From: Chiloscyllium plagiosum
Taxonomy: Eukaryota
Assembly: GCF_004010195.1 (NCBI RefSeq)
Contig: NC_057750.1
Coordinates: forward strand, 15,688,545-15,752,544
DNA length: 64,000 bases
Direction of reading: 5' to 3'
In this document: positions 1 through 12,250 of the stretch, in pieces
Layout: the number at the start of each line of letters is the position of its first letter
Numbering within the stretch: position 1 is the stretch's first letter
The notes under the pieces: generated by a model
Databases searched by the model: none
Seen by the model: the letters and a program-made list of their open reading frames with translations, nothing else
What the model was told of the DNA's origin: nothing
Position numbers and translations under genes: made by a program

Positions 1-297
1 GGACATCCCTGATGGCAGCCCCTACCCACACTGAAGCTATTCGAACCTAATCCATTGGTAACCACAATTGCTTTGGGATCACTATACAATGTTGAGACCC
101 ATTTGGTAAACACCTGTCCAACGCCAAACCTTTCCAATGTGTAAAACAAATATGACCATTCAACCCTATCAAATGCCTTTTCCGCGTCTAATGAAACTAT
201 TACTCCTGGTAGCTTTCCCTGATGACAGGCTTGAATCATATTCAAAATCCTTCTAATATTATTGGATGATCTACGGCCCTTAATAAACCCCGTCTGA
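1..297 (-). mobile_element. L1-clade LINE ORF2 reverse-transcriptase fragment
   Basis: The minus strand translates to QTGFIKGRRSSNNIRRILNMIQ...VSLDAEKAFDRVEWSYLF...GRGCHQGC, typical L1 RT motifs. It runs off the window edge. Confidence 0.85.
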
Positions 298-1514
298 TAA
301 ACCTATCCTTTAACAAATATGCAAACTTAAACTACATCTCCTTTAACTTAAAGTGCACACATTCATTCACAAAATGGACAGATAAGACAGACAACCCTAT
401 GGAAATAAGATGGGTGGAAAACACTGGCAAAAAGGAACAAATTCTGTGGATTAATGGTCCAAACACAAAGATGGAATGAGGTAACTATGTCACAGTTCCT
501 TTGCTTGTTGGTGATTCTATCATTATTGACCACAATACTGTTAATTCAGCAGCTGGTCACTTTGACCTTGGTATTTGCCTGAGAAGGAAACTCCTTTTCA
601 GAGTCTTTGAGACTTTTATTTTCTCAGCAAGGCATGCCTTCACTTCCAGGCTCTCTGGAGATCTGTGATGCATTTCAGCTTAAAAATTCAAAGGTTGTTG
701 CTATGCACCTGATCCCAAAGGCACCTGATCCCAACTAGTCTCACAAAGATATTAAATCAAATCCAGTTTCTCCAAAGTTAATAAACAAAATAGTTCTGAT
801 GAGGAGTCAAAACATTGACTATGCTTTTTCTCTGCAAATGCTGCCAGACCTGCTGAGTTTTTCCAGCATTCTGTGTTTGTGTCTCCAAATGTTATATGAA
901 CTTGTGCGACCAGTAAGTTCACATCACCCAGTAATATCTTTCAACTTTGAGTTCTGAAATAAAAACAAACTGATACATTTTCTGTAACACAATGATCTAA
1001 CTTCCATTTTTCCAAAGTTATATTCCAAAATATATATGTGGTGTTTATATTGCTCCTTGGACAGTTGCAGATTGGAGTGGCCTGGTCTTAAATTCCTGTC
1101 CCATAGATGCATGTCTTCTGTCGTAGCTTCAGTAATTAATCTGCAAATGGCCTCTGTTAAGACATGCACAACACTCAGTAATAACTGTTGGGCAGGCTTG
1201 ACAGAGATGTGGAGTTTTCCCACCATGGCTTGAAATTTGAGCAGTGGTAGTCAATGCTCCCCCATTCCCATTTTCTGCTGTCTTCCTGGCATATTGGCAG
1301 CCCTCTGAGTGATGAATTGGGCTAAGTCATTAGTTATGGCCTGGCTGCAGGAGGCTTCTCTGTCCCCTTGGACAAACAGCCAATTTTCCTTGAACAGTTC
1401 AACTTTTCTGATGAATGGCACTGTTTTAGCCAATGTAAGGTCTTCTTTGCACTGTAAAATGTCTGATAAAGCTTCATACATACAGCAACTCCACTACGAT
1501 GCAGTCCTTTATGA

Positions 1515-1856
1515 GCTTACCATAGAAATAATAGAATCTCTACAGTGTGGAAACAGGCCATTTGGCCCAACAAATCCACATCAATCTTCTGACCCATTCC
1601 CCCACGCTATTACCCTGTGTGACCCCTGACTAATGCACCTAACCGATACAGCCCTGTACATTATGGGCAATTTAGCATGGCCAATTTGCCTAAAACGCAC
1701 ATCTTTGGGAGGAAACCAGCGCACTCAAAGGAAGCCCACACAGACACAGGGAGAACATGCAAACTCCACACGGACAGGCACCTCAGACTGGAATCGAACC
1801 CAGATCCCTGGCGCTGTGAAGCAGCAATGCTAACCACTGAGCCACCATGCTATCCC
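1515..1856 (-). mobile_element. HE1-like tRNA-derived SINE with CR1 3' tail
   Basis: The minus strand starts with an A-box/B-box head (GGTGGCTCAGTGGTTAGC...GGTTCGATTCC) and ends with the CR1-like tail GGCCTGTTTCCACACTGTAG. Confidence 0.85.
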
Positions 1857-1874
1857 TAATCACTGAGCCAATGT

Positions 1875-3400
1875 TAGGAGATAGAACATTACAGTGCCCT
1901 TCAGCCCTCGATGTTGTGCTGACCTGTGGAACCAATCTGAAGCCCATCTAACCTACACTATTCCATTCTCTTCCATATGCCTATCCAATGACCATTTAAA
2001 TGCCCTTAAAGTTGGCAAGTCTACTACTGTTGCAGGCAGTGCATTCCACACCCCTACCACTCTCTGAGTAAAGAAACTACCTCTGACATTCTATCACCCC
2101 TCAATTTAAGGCTATGTCCCCTCGTGCTAGCCATTGCTATCCGAGGGAAAAGGCTCTCACTGTCAAACCTATCTAACCCTCTGATTATCCTATATGTCTC
2201 AATTAAGTTGCCTCTCAACCTTCTCTCGAACAAAAACAGCATCAAGTCCCTCAGCTTTTCCTCGTAAGATCTTCCCTTCATACCAGGCAACATCCTAGTA
2301 AATCTCCTCTGAATCCTTTCCAAAGCTTCCACATTCTTCTTATAATGCAGTGACCAGAACTCTATGCAATACTCCAAATGTGGTCGCACCGGAGTTTTGT
2401 ACAGCTGCAACGTGACCTCATGGTTCCGAAACGCAATCCCTCTACCAATAAAAGCGAACACACAGTATGCCTTCTTAATAAACCTATCAACTTGTGTGGC
2501 AACTTTCAAGGATCTATGTACCTGGACACTGAGATCTCTCTGTTCATCTACACTACCAAGAATCTTACCATTAACCTAGTATTCTGCATTCCTGTTACTC
2601 CTTCCAAAGTGAATCACCTCACACTTTTCCACATTAAACTCCATTTGCCACCTCTCAGTCCAGTTCTGCAGCTTATCTATGTCTCTCTGTAACCTACAAC
2701 ATTCTTCATCACTATTCACAACTCTACAAACCTTAGTTTCATCTGCAAATTTACTTACCCATCCTTCTGTGCCCTAATCTAGGTCATTTATATAAATGAC
2801 AAACAACAGTGAACCCAAAACAGATCCTTGAGATACCCCACTAGTAATGAATTCCAGGATGAAATTTTCCCATTTTTGATCTTTGATCCAAACCACTAAA
2901 TCACCCTCAATCCATTGCCTCCGTATTTTGTGCAATAGCCTACTGTGGGAACCTTATCAAATGCCTTACTGAAATCCATTTCTACCACATCAACCACTTT
3001 ATCATCATCCACCTGTTTGGTCACCTTTTCAAAGAACTCAATAAAGCTTGTGAGGCATGACCCACCCTTCACAAAACCATGTTGACTGTCCCTAATCAAC
3101 TTATTCCTTTCTAGATGATTATAAATTTTATCTCTTATAACCCTTTCTAACACTTAACCCACAACTGAAGTAAGGCTCACAGCTCTATAATTTCCAGGGT
3201 TGTCTCTACTCCCCTTCTTGAACAAGTGAACATTTGCTATCCTCCAGTCTACTGGCACTATTCTTGTAGACAATGACGACATAAAAATCAAAGCCAAAGG
3301 CTCAGCAATCTCCTCCCTGGCTTCCCAGAGAATCCTAGGATAAATCCCATCTGGCCCAGGGGACTTATCTATTTTTACACTTTCCAGAATTGCTAACACC
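1875..3400 (-). mobile_element. CR1 (HER1-like) LINE, 3' part of ORF2, degraded
   Basis: ORFs 2054-2509, 2896-3153 and 3154-3537 carry CR1 motifs (KSPGPDGIYPRIL, PGNYRAVSLTSVVG, QHGFVKG, DFSKAFDKV, VRPHLEYC) broken by frameshifts. Confidence 0.9.
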
Positions 3401-4074
3401 AATGTTCTATGTAAGTGATTATCAGTAAGGTGGCTCAGATTCGTTATAGAGGAATTAATGGCCTCCCTGTCATTTGTTTGCTCTGATTGAACTTTGTTCC
3501 ATTTATTGTAAAAGACAAATTCTTCTTTCACACTCATCTAATTAGAATAGCATCAGTACTGCTGCCAACACCAACACGGGATCAAGGTCCTTGTCGAGTT
3601 TCTCAGGGAGTCCAGAGCTGGTCAAGTACCTGTAGAAGAGGGTGGCACTAGTTGATCCAAAATGTGGTTTGGCTGAAGCTCTCTGTGTGCTGTAGGAGCA
3701 TTTTCTATCATTTTATGCACTTCCAGTCAGCTCCCAAAAATATCCAGCATCAGTGAGTAATTTCAATGATTGCTCATGGGTGTTTTCTCAAATACAATGT
3801 GTCAGGTCAAAAGAGCTTCACCCCTTTTCCAACCTTGACTGGAGACTCTATCCTAAATGGCTCACAGACTGCATGCCATTATTGCCACCATGTAGCATTG
3901 TCATGGACCAATTCTAGAAGAATTAGCCAAATGAGGACTAGACACCATACTAGCACAAACTAGTTAACAGTCATAAAACTCTTCACATAGGTACAGAGGC
4001 ACTGTCCAGCAGAACCTATTAGAATCTTCCCCGTTACAGTCATACTGATGATCATATTAATTAGTCCCATGTTC

Positions 4075-4175
4075 TACAACTTTCCTGCTCCTCGGATGCT
4101 GCCTGACCTACTGTGCTTTTCCAGTGCCACACTTTTCGACTCTGATCTCCAACATCTGTTGTCCCCACTTTCTCC
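4075..4175 (+). mobile_element. Penelope-derived 3' terminal fragment (family 1)
   Basis: CCTGCTCCTCGGATGCTGCCTGACCTACTGTGCTTTTCCAG matches the tails of the Penelope copies ending near 31750 and 35580. Confidence 0.7.
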
Positions 4176-4574
4176 ATATTCTATAAAGCTTAAACTTCCC
4201 TCTGTCCACCCATTACAGCACTTGTCTATGCCCTCCTTTGACCAATGTGTTCCAGATCAGGAACAAAACTGTCAGAGTAAATAAGGAGCCAGTACCAGCT
4301 TTCGCATTGTTTATTTGATCCTCATCTGTTTTAGCATTTGCAAACTTTGAATTAGTTTTCCCTTTAGACCCAATTTCCAGTTATTAACTTTGTTGTGATC
4401 CTGTTAGATTCCATAAATATTTAAAAGGATCAGAACTCTCAGCAATTAACTAATAGGATATGCCACATATTTTCAAACAAAAGCAAACTGTAAACTACAT
4501 TTGATAATTGATTAAGTACCATATATTAAGTTATAGTATTATGTATAATACAGAAACCTGTTATAGTAGGATAT

Positions 4575-4895
4575 CGTAGAATCAGTACGTTAGGGAATCA
4601 GGCCATTTGACCCATCAAGTCCACCAACCCTCTGAAGAGTATCCCACCCAGACCCATACCTCTGTAACCCAGCATTTCCTGCAGCTAATCCACTTAGCCT
4701 ACACATCCCTGAACACTATGGGTAATTTAGTCTGGCCAATTTGCCTAACCTGCACATCTTTGGACTGTGGGAGGAAACTGGAGCACCAGGAGTAAAACCC
4801 GTGCAGACATGGAGAGAATGTGCAGACAGTTGCCCGAGGTGGGAATTGAACACAGATCCCTGGGGCTGTGAGGCAACAGTGCTAACCACTGAGAC
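4575..4895 (-). mobile_element. HE1-like SINE
   Basis: Same head and body as 1515-1856. Confidence 0.8.
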
Positions 4896-5669
4896 ATTAT
4901 GTCTTTAAAATGGATATAAAGACCCATCACTATCTTTGTGGATTCACCTAATGTCTCAAGGAGAAATTACAAGAGATCTTTACAAATTCAATGTGCATCT
5001 CCACAGATAAACAGATAGCAGCCAGATTTATGTTTGTATCTCTAACAATCTGGCTGTGAGCAGCCTTTCTTCATCTGAGTGGCTGACCCCAGACCCATGC
5101 TGCTGGGACTCCCACTGAATGTTTAACCAACTGACAACACAGGTCACATTCAGCAAGCAGGAAGACAAAGAGGCAGCAAAAAGTTCATACGTGGCAGGTG
5201 TCAAAAGAACCAGGCATATCGCAAATCACAAACCAGCACTGCTGAAAATGGGAGCAGAACCAATTTTAGTTTCACATGATTATTGCCATAAACTGCTATT
5301 TTCTGTTACCTTTCAGTCACGAAATTGCAATATCTTTTGGATCCCAGTCTCATACCTTAGATTGCTGTGGCTAACCATGAGGGTATTTCAGGAGGATGGC
5401 ACTGCCTATACTTCTTCTGATTAGCATTTTTCTAAGCTACAGACACCAAGTTGGGTGGAATGCCATATAATGGCTTTGCCTGGAAGATAAGCATAATCTG
5501 GAAGAACAGGAAAGCTTTATTAGGTCTTACTTAATAGCTAGTCATATTACATTTGAGATTCACGAGAGTCTCATGTGAGACAGCAGGGTCAACATAAGAG
5601 TAAGTGCGCATTACTGCGATTGAAACAATTTGGTACACACAGCAGTCTACCTCCCAGGACCAGTCCAAT

Positions 5670-5790
5670 ATAGATATTTTGTTATCAACCCAATCAAAGA
5701 TGTCATTATACATCTCTGGAGCAATGGGTGGGACTTGAACCTGGGTCTCCTGACTCAGAGGTAGGGACACTACTATGGTGTCACAAGAGC
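5670..5790 (-). mobile_element. Short (~115 bp) tRNA-derived SINE; other copies near 18800-18915, 30780-30900, 40735-40845 and twice in 52435-52690
   Basis: Recurrent tRNA-like head GTAGTGTCCCTACCTCTGAG...GGTTCAAGTCCCAC followed by AACATCTCTGAACAGGTTGAT-like sequence. Confidence 0.7.
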
Positions 5791-5859
5791 CCCACCAGAA
5801 CTTTACATTCTGATGGGCAAAACTTATCTTGTGATGTCAGTTAGTTTTTTCAGATATCA

Positions 5860-6680
5860 AAAATCACATGACACCAGGTTATAGTCCAGCAGATTTATTT
5901 GAAACCGCAAGCTTTCGGAGACCCCACTCCTTCCTCAGGCAGCTAGCAAGACAGAATATATCAGACACAGAATTTATAGTAAAAGATCAAAGGGTCATAC
6001 AACTTATGGGAATGCATTGAACAAACCTTGATGGCTATTAAGTCTTTAATCAGTTAGAATGGTGGTACAGGTTCGATTGATTAAAATGTAGATCCCTGCC
6101 CCAAGATAACTTGAGGTTTATCAGAATAAAGGTGACACCTCAGGTCAGACAATGCATTTTAGATGTGAGGCCATGTTTCAAGTCTGATTGTAGCCTGGAG
6201 CCAAACTGATTTTATTTCCAAAGTAGGAATTTATAAAATGCTCCATTGACTGAATGTCTACAGATTGTGTGCTTTTTGAACAAAACAGATCTGCAAATTC
6301 AAATCTGCAAATGCAAATTCATCTTATAGATTTATATGTGTGTGTGGGGGAGAGAGAGAGAGAGTGTGCATATGTGTGAGAGAGTGTGTAGCTATGTGCA
6401 TGTGTGAGGAAGAGTGCGTGAGAGCATGCAAAGTGAGTGTGTGCGCGCGCACGCAATGCTTGAGATGGAGTGCGCGTGAGTGTGAGGGGATATATGCCCG
6501 TGAAAGATTGTGAGTGCGACTGTGTGTGTATGAGAGAAGATGTGTGTGTGTGTGTGTGTCCATGTGTATGTGTGTGAGTGTATAGTGTAGTGGGGTCACC
6601 TGTATTGTGATATGAACCCAAGATCCTGTCCTCATGTGTACCAAACATGGCTATCAGCCTCTGTTCGGCAACTCTGCATT
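5860..6680 (-). mobile_element. Penelope-like element 3' end (family 2) with internal GT/CA microsatellite
   Basis: Homologous to 59180-59660 and 61100-61805. The minus strand ends a coding remnant (AEQRLIAMFGTHED) like PLE GIY-YIG C-termini. Confidence 0.65.
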
Positions 6681-7267
6681 GTCCAACCCAGTTCAACACC
6701 AGCAGCTTCACATCATGGCTTTCAGATGTCAGGTAACCCTTTCAGGTAACAACTACCATATACAACAAATGCCTCCATTGACCTTTAAAGAAATATTCAG
6801 ATCTGAACTGTTATCCCCTGAAGGTCATTCTTTGCTGACATTCCCCTTCCTGTACCTGATTTTAATTCTCAAGGTAGAATCTAGATCCTTTTCCAACTCC
6901 CAAGGGTTGACTGTCCTCTAGGTTAGTACATTTTTAAAATTCATTTGTGGGATGTGGGTGTCAATGGTTGGGCCAGCATTTATTGCCCGTCCCTAGTTGT
7001 CTTTGAGAAGGTGGTAGTGAGCTGACTTCTTGGACACTGCAGCCCCTGTGCTGTAGGGTCACCCACAACGCTACCACAATTGTGACCCAGTGACCGTGAA
7101 GGAATGGGGGTTATATTTCCAAGTCGGGATGGTGAATGGTTCAGAGGGAACTTGCAGCAGATGGTGTTCTAAAGCATATCTGCAGCCCTTATCCTTACAG
7201 TTAAGAATGATTATTATTTTGGAAGGTGCTATCTAAGGAGCCTTGGTAAGTTGCTGCAGTGCATAAT

Positions 7268-7403
7268 GGGCGACACGGTGGCACAGTGGTTAGCACTGCT
7301 GCCTCACAGCGCCAGAGACGGTGTGGACTTGTTGGGCCGAAGGGCCTGTTTCCACACTGTAAGTAATCTAATCTAATCTAATCTAATCTAATCTAATCTA
7401 ATC
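7268..7403 (+). mobile_element. Internally deleted HE1-like SINE with (TCTAA)n tail
   Basis: The tRNA head GGTGGCACAGTGGTTAGCACTGCTGCCTCACAGC is joined directly to the CR1 tail and about 8 TCTAA units. It is inserted in an older repeat (about 6935-7540). Confidence 0.8.
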
Positions 7404-7749
7404 TCAATTGTAACTGAGCATCGATAATGGAAGGAATGGATGTTTCAGTTGCCAAACAAGAAAAGTTGCTTTGCCCTGAATGGTGTTGAGTTTTTTGAGT
7501 GATGTTGGAATTGAACTCATCCAGACAAGTGGGGATTGTCCCAGCAAAGATGATCCGGTCATTATCACGATATTGGTTTTGGGACCTTACATGTGCACAC
7601 ATTGACTGCCCCATTAACTACATAGTAGTAGTTACTTTTCAAAAGTACATAATTGGCTTTAAGAAGCTTTGAAACATCTCAATAAAGGTGCTATATAAAT
7701 ACAAGTCAATCATTATCACACTCTTGACTTGTGCACAGTATTTTATGGG

Positions 7750-7975
7750 TAAAAACAATGACTGCAGATGCTGGAAACCAGATTCTGGATTAGTGGTGCT
7801 GGAAAAGCACAGCAGTTCAGGCAGCATCCGAGGAGCAGTAAAATCGACGTTTCGGGCAAAAACCCTTCATCAGGCCTGTATTCCTGATGAAGGGCTTTTG
7901 CCCGAAACGTCGATTTTACTGCTCCTCGGATGCTGCCTGAACAGCTGTGCTTTTCCAGCACCACTAATCCAGAAC
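7750..7975. mobile_element. Fold-back Penelope-derived mini-element with two hammerhead-ribozyme motifs
   Basis: Inverted arms 7783-7874 and 7883-7974 surround an 8-nt spacer. Each arm has CTGATGAAGGG..GCCCGAAACGTC. Confidence 0.85.
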
Positions 7976-8724
7976 CCAGTATTTTATGGAAAGCCTTTAT
8001 GGAATCAGAAGATGAGTTATTCACTGTGACATAGTTCCTATAACACTAAACCAAAGTCAAAATCTGTGTCTATAACCTTATTTGTTCCACTCCGTATATT
8101 TACCTAAGTGCAGACAAAACCTGCCTGAGAACTTTTCCTCTCAACACTTTGCTATTTGTCTCTCACTGTCCGCTGCTCAGTCTGTATCCACTCTCTGCTG
8201 TTTCATTCTGATTCCAACCCATGGCAGGGGCAGCATCTTAGAGAAATCAGAAACTGAGACTTTCTCTTTATAGATTTAAATATATAAAAACCTCAGGAAA
8301 TGTGAATGTTGACTTATTCTAACCTTGTGGCTCAGGAAATACCCTCACTGTTTCTTTGATGCTGGACAATATGCAGTTGACAGCTGCACACAGGCTGTGG
8401 CCAAGGCGTCTGGCCAGTGAACAGCAAGTTCTTGTTCCTCATCCCTCTGCAGAGAAAAGGGTGAGATTTGTATGTGCTAGTATTTTAAAACAGCTTTTAA
8501 CTTGTTAAAGCAGGGATGAAGTGAAAGGGGAGATCTGGGACTGACATCAATCAAACAGGAGTGGAATTGTTGAAATGAATGGTATCTTCCTGTTGGAAAT
8601 TTCCTGTGTTTATCACTTCATTGTCCTTGTTGGAAAATTGGATGCATTTGAATTGAAAAGACTGTTGCAACAAACAGTGCAATCAGCAACTCCAAGCCAA
8701 GGAATCCGGCTGAGAAACGTTGAA

Positions 8725-10650
8725 GATGATTGGGGGCAGATGTTCGCAGGTAAAGGGATGGCTGGAAAATGGGGAGCCTTCAGGAATGAGATAACGAGAA
8801 TCCAGAGAAAGTATATTCCTGTTAGGGTGAAAGGAAAGGCTGATAGGTGGAGGGAATGCAGGATGTCTAAAGAAATTGAGGGTTTGGTTAAGAAAAAGAA
8901 GGAAGCATATGTAAGATATAGACAGGATAGATCGAGTGAATCCTTAGAAGAGTAGAAAGGCAGTAGGAGAGTATACTTAAGAGGGAAATCAGGAGGGCAA
9001 AAAGTGGACATGAGACAGCTTTGGCAAATAGAATTAAGGAGAATCCAAAGGGTTTTTACAAAGACACTAAGGACAAAAGGGTAACTAGGGAGAGAATAGG
9101 GCCCCTCAAAGATCAGCAAGGTGGCCTTTGTGTGGAGCCGTAGAAAATGGGAGAAGATACTAACGAGTATTTTGCATCAGCATTTACTGTGGAAAAGGAT
9201 ATAGAAGATAGAGAATGGAGAGAAATAGATGGTGACACTTTGCAAAATGTCCATATTACAGAGGAGGAAATGCTGGATGTCGTGAAATGCATAAAGGTGG
9301 ATAAATCCCCAGGACCTGATCAGTTGTACCCTAGAACTCTGTGAGAAGCTAGAGAAGTGATTGCTGGGCCTCTTGCTGAGATATTTGTATCATCGATAGT
9401 CACAGGTGAGGTGCCGGAAGACTGGAAGTTGGCTAACGTGGTGCCACTGTTTAAGAAGGGTGGTATGGACAAGCCAGGGAACTATGGCAAGTGAGCCTGA
9501 TGTCGGTGGTGGGCAAGTTGCTGGAGGGAATCCTGAGGGACAGGATGTACATGTATTTGGAAAGGCAAGGACTGATTAGGGATAGTCAACATGGCTTTGT
9601 GTGTAGGAAATCATGTCTCACAAACTTGATTGAGTTTTTTGANNNNNNNNNNNNNNNNNNNNNNNNNNNNNNNNNNNNNNNNNNNNNNNNNNNNNNNNNN
9701 NNNNNNNNNNNNNNNNNNNNNNNNNNNNNNNNNNNNNNNNNNNNNNNNNNNNNNNNNNNNNNNNNNNNNNNNNNNNNNNNNNNNNNNNNNNNNNNNNNNN
9801 NNNNNNNNNNNNNNNNNNNNNNNNNNNNNNNNNNNNNNNNNNNNNNNNNNNNNNNNNNNNNNNNNNNNNNNNNNNNNNNNNNNNNNNNNNNNNNNNNNNN
9901 NNNNNNNNNNNNNNNNNNNNNNNNNNNNNNNNNNNNNNNNNNNNNNNNNNNNNNNNNNNNNNNNNNNNNNNNNNNNNNNNNNNNNNNNNNNNNNNNNNNN
10001 NNNNNNNNNNNNNNNNNNNNNNNNNNNNNNNNNNNNNNNNNNNNNNNNNNNNNNNNNNNNNNNNNNNNNNNNNNNNNNNNNNNNNNNNNNNNNNTATTGG
10101 TTAGGCCACTGTTGGAATATTGCATGCAAATCTGGTCTCCTTCCTATCGGAAAGATGTTGTGAAACCTGAAAAGATTCAGAAAAGATTTACAAGGATGCT
10201 GCCAGGGTTGGAGAATTTGAGCAAGAGGGAGAGGCTGAACAGGCTAGGGCTGTTTTTCCTGGAGCGTCAGAGGTTGAGGAGTAACCTTATAGAGGTTTAC
10301 AAAATTATGAGGGGTATGGATAGGATAAATATACAAAGTCTTTTCCCTGGGGTCAGGGAGTCCAGACTAGAGGGCATAAGTTTAGGGTGAGAGGGGAAAG
10401 ATATAAAAGAGACCTAAGGGGCAACTTTTTCAAACAGAGGGTGGTACATGTATGGAATGAGCTGCCAGAGGAAGTAGTGGAGGCTGGTATAATTGCAACA
10501 TTTAAAAGGCATTTGGATGGGTATATGAATAGGAAGGGTTTGGAGGGATATGGGCCGGGTGCTGGCAGGTGGGAGTAGATTGGGTTGGGATATCTGGTCG
10601 GCATGGACGGGTTGGACCAAAGGGTCTGTTTCCATGCTGTACATCTCTAT
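8725..10650 (+). mobile_element. CR1 (HER1-like) LINE ORF2, degraded, spanning an assembly gap
   Basis: KSPGPDQLYPRTL, QHGFV, VRPLLEYC and GNFFKQRVVHVWNELP motifs, and the CR1 3' tail at about 10600-10650. Highly similar to 38095-39765. Confidence 0.9.
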
Positions 10651-11836
10651 GAAAGAGGAGCCATTCAGCCCCTTCAATGCATTCCATCACTGGTTCAAGT
10701 CACATCTAATTTGTGCCCCAACTCCATTTACTCACCTTCAATTTGATCATTCCTTAAGTATCTACACACAGTGCAACACAATCTGCAACTGGTCCTCATA
10801 AAGTAACTCTTTTAGCTCTGTGATTGTTCTGGTCACTCTGTGCTCTACTCTTTCAAGGCCAATCTGTTGGGGAATTTGATTACAAACTGAAAAGGAAAAG
10901 CGGGGAGAAGCTGGAGAGAGATGCGTGAGGTGAATTGTTACAACAGCACAGGCAGGATAAGTCAAATGGCCTCCTTCTGGACTGGAATATCTTTCCTGAG
11001 TGTAATGTCCAGAACTGAGCCCAAATCGGTTCTGACTAGCACCCCTTTATACTTCAACCTCCTTGAGGTAAAGGTTGACACTCCATTAAACTGCTTGAAT
11101 ATTGCTGAAAGGAGGGACACAGTGTCAAAAATCTAACACTCATCAGGACAAATGCAAGAATGCCAAGTTTGAAATGATTGCAACAATGTTTGCTACAGAA
11201 GGTAAGGGGTGCTGAAAGTATGGGAAGCCAATTCCAATGTGATGCTATGGAAGAGACAAACTGTAAGCTTCCTCAGCTTCCAGGTGGTTCAAGAAAGGAG
11301 CAAGGCCTAAAAGTTTTCTTTTTGTTTGCAGAGAATGAGTTTGTATCATTTCCATCAAATATAAACAAGCCGCATTCCATGTTTGACTGGCTACCTGATA
11401 TCGGTTGTGCACTGAATTGTTCAGTGAGTGATATCCAAGTGCAGGGTTCCATCTAACAGTAGCAGTCAGGAATGCTGTAGTATGAAGCAGAATACCATAA
11501 ATCAGGACATGCTCTGTCAAGTACTGCAGGCTCCTTCCAGTTCAGCCAGGCGGTGGAGTGATGTTTTCTGTGGCAGGCTGGCCCTATGTTGTGTGCCTTG
11601 TAGATGGCACCGCTGCTGCTCCTGAACTTCGGTGAAGGAGGGAGTGAATATTTATTGTGGTTGATGAGGTGTTGATCAAGCGGGCTGGTTTGTCTTGGTT
11701 GGTGTCACACTTCTGGAGTGTTGTTGGAGCTTTTCTCATCCAGGCAAGTGGAGAGTATCCCATCAGTCCTCATTTCAGGCTTGTAGATGGTGAACTGGCT
11801 TTGGAGAGTCTGGGTTGAGTTATTCGCTGCAGAATT

Positions 11837-12142
11837 AGATTAAATTAGATTCCCTACAGTATGGAAACAGGCCCTTTGAACCAACCAGTTCATGCCGACT
11901 CTCCGAAGAGCAACCCACCCAGACCCGTTTCCCCTCTGACTAATGCACCTAACACTATGGGCAGTTTACCATGGCCAGTTCACTTGCCCTGTGCATCTTT
12001 GGATTGTGGGAGGAAACTGGAGCACCCGGAGGAAACCCACACAGACAAAGGGAGAATGTGCAAACTCCACACAGACTGGAATCGAACCTGGGACCCTGGT
12101 GCTGTGAGGCAGCAGTGCTAACCACTGAGCCACCGTGCTGCC
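11837..12142 (-). mobile_element. HE1-like SINE
   Basis: Head GGCAGCACGGTGGCTCAGTGGTTAGCAC; tail GTTTCCATACTGTAGGGAATCTAATTTAATCT. Confidence 0.9.
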
Positions 12143-12178
12143 TGCAAACACGAAAAATTTTGTTTCAATTAAGCACAG

Positions 12179-12250
12179 TGAGCCTGACGTGATTTGAACA
12201 CGCAACCTTCTGATTTGGAGTCAGACATGCTGGCGTTGCGCCACAAGCCC
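12179..12250 (-). tRNA. tRNA-Trp(CCA), probably a pseudogene
   Basis: The minus strand reads GGGCTTGTGGCGCAACGCCAGCATGTCTGACTCCAAATCAGAAGGTTGCGTGTTCAAATCACGTCAGGCTCA (72 nt), nearly matching vertebrate tRNA-Trp. Acceptor, anticodon and T stems pair. The D-loop GG and D-stem are mutated. Confidence 0.85.

Noticed and set aside
1515..1856. SINE heads as functional tRNA genes
   Set aside because: Only A and B boxes are retained, there is no complete cloverleaf, and they continue into SINE body and tail.
9491..10390. Long ORFs here and at 59791-61170
   Set aside because: Artefacts of N runs (9643-10094, 59963-60959).
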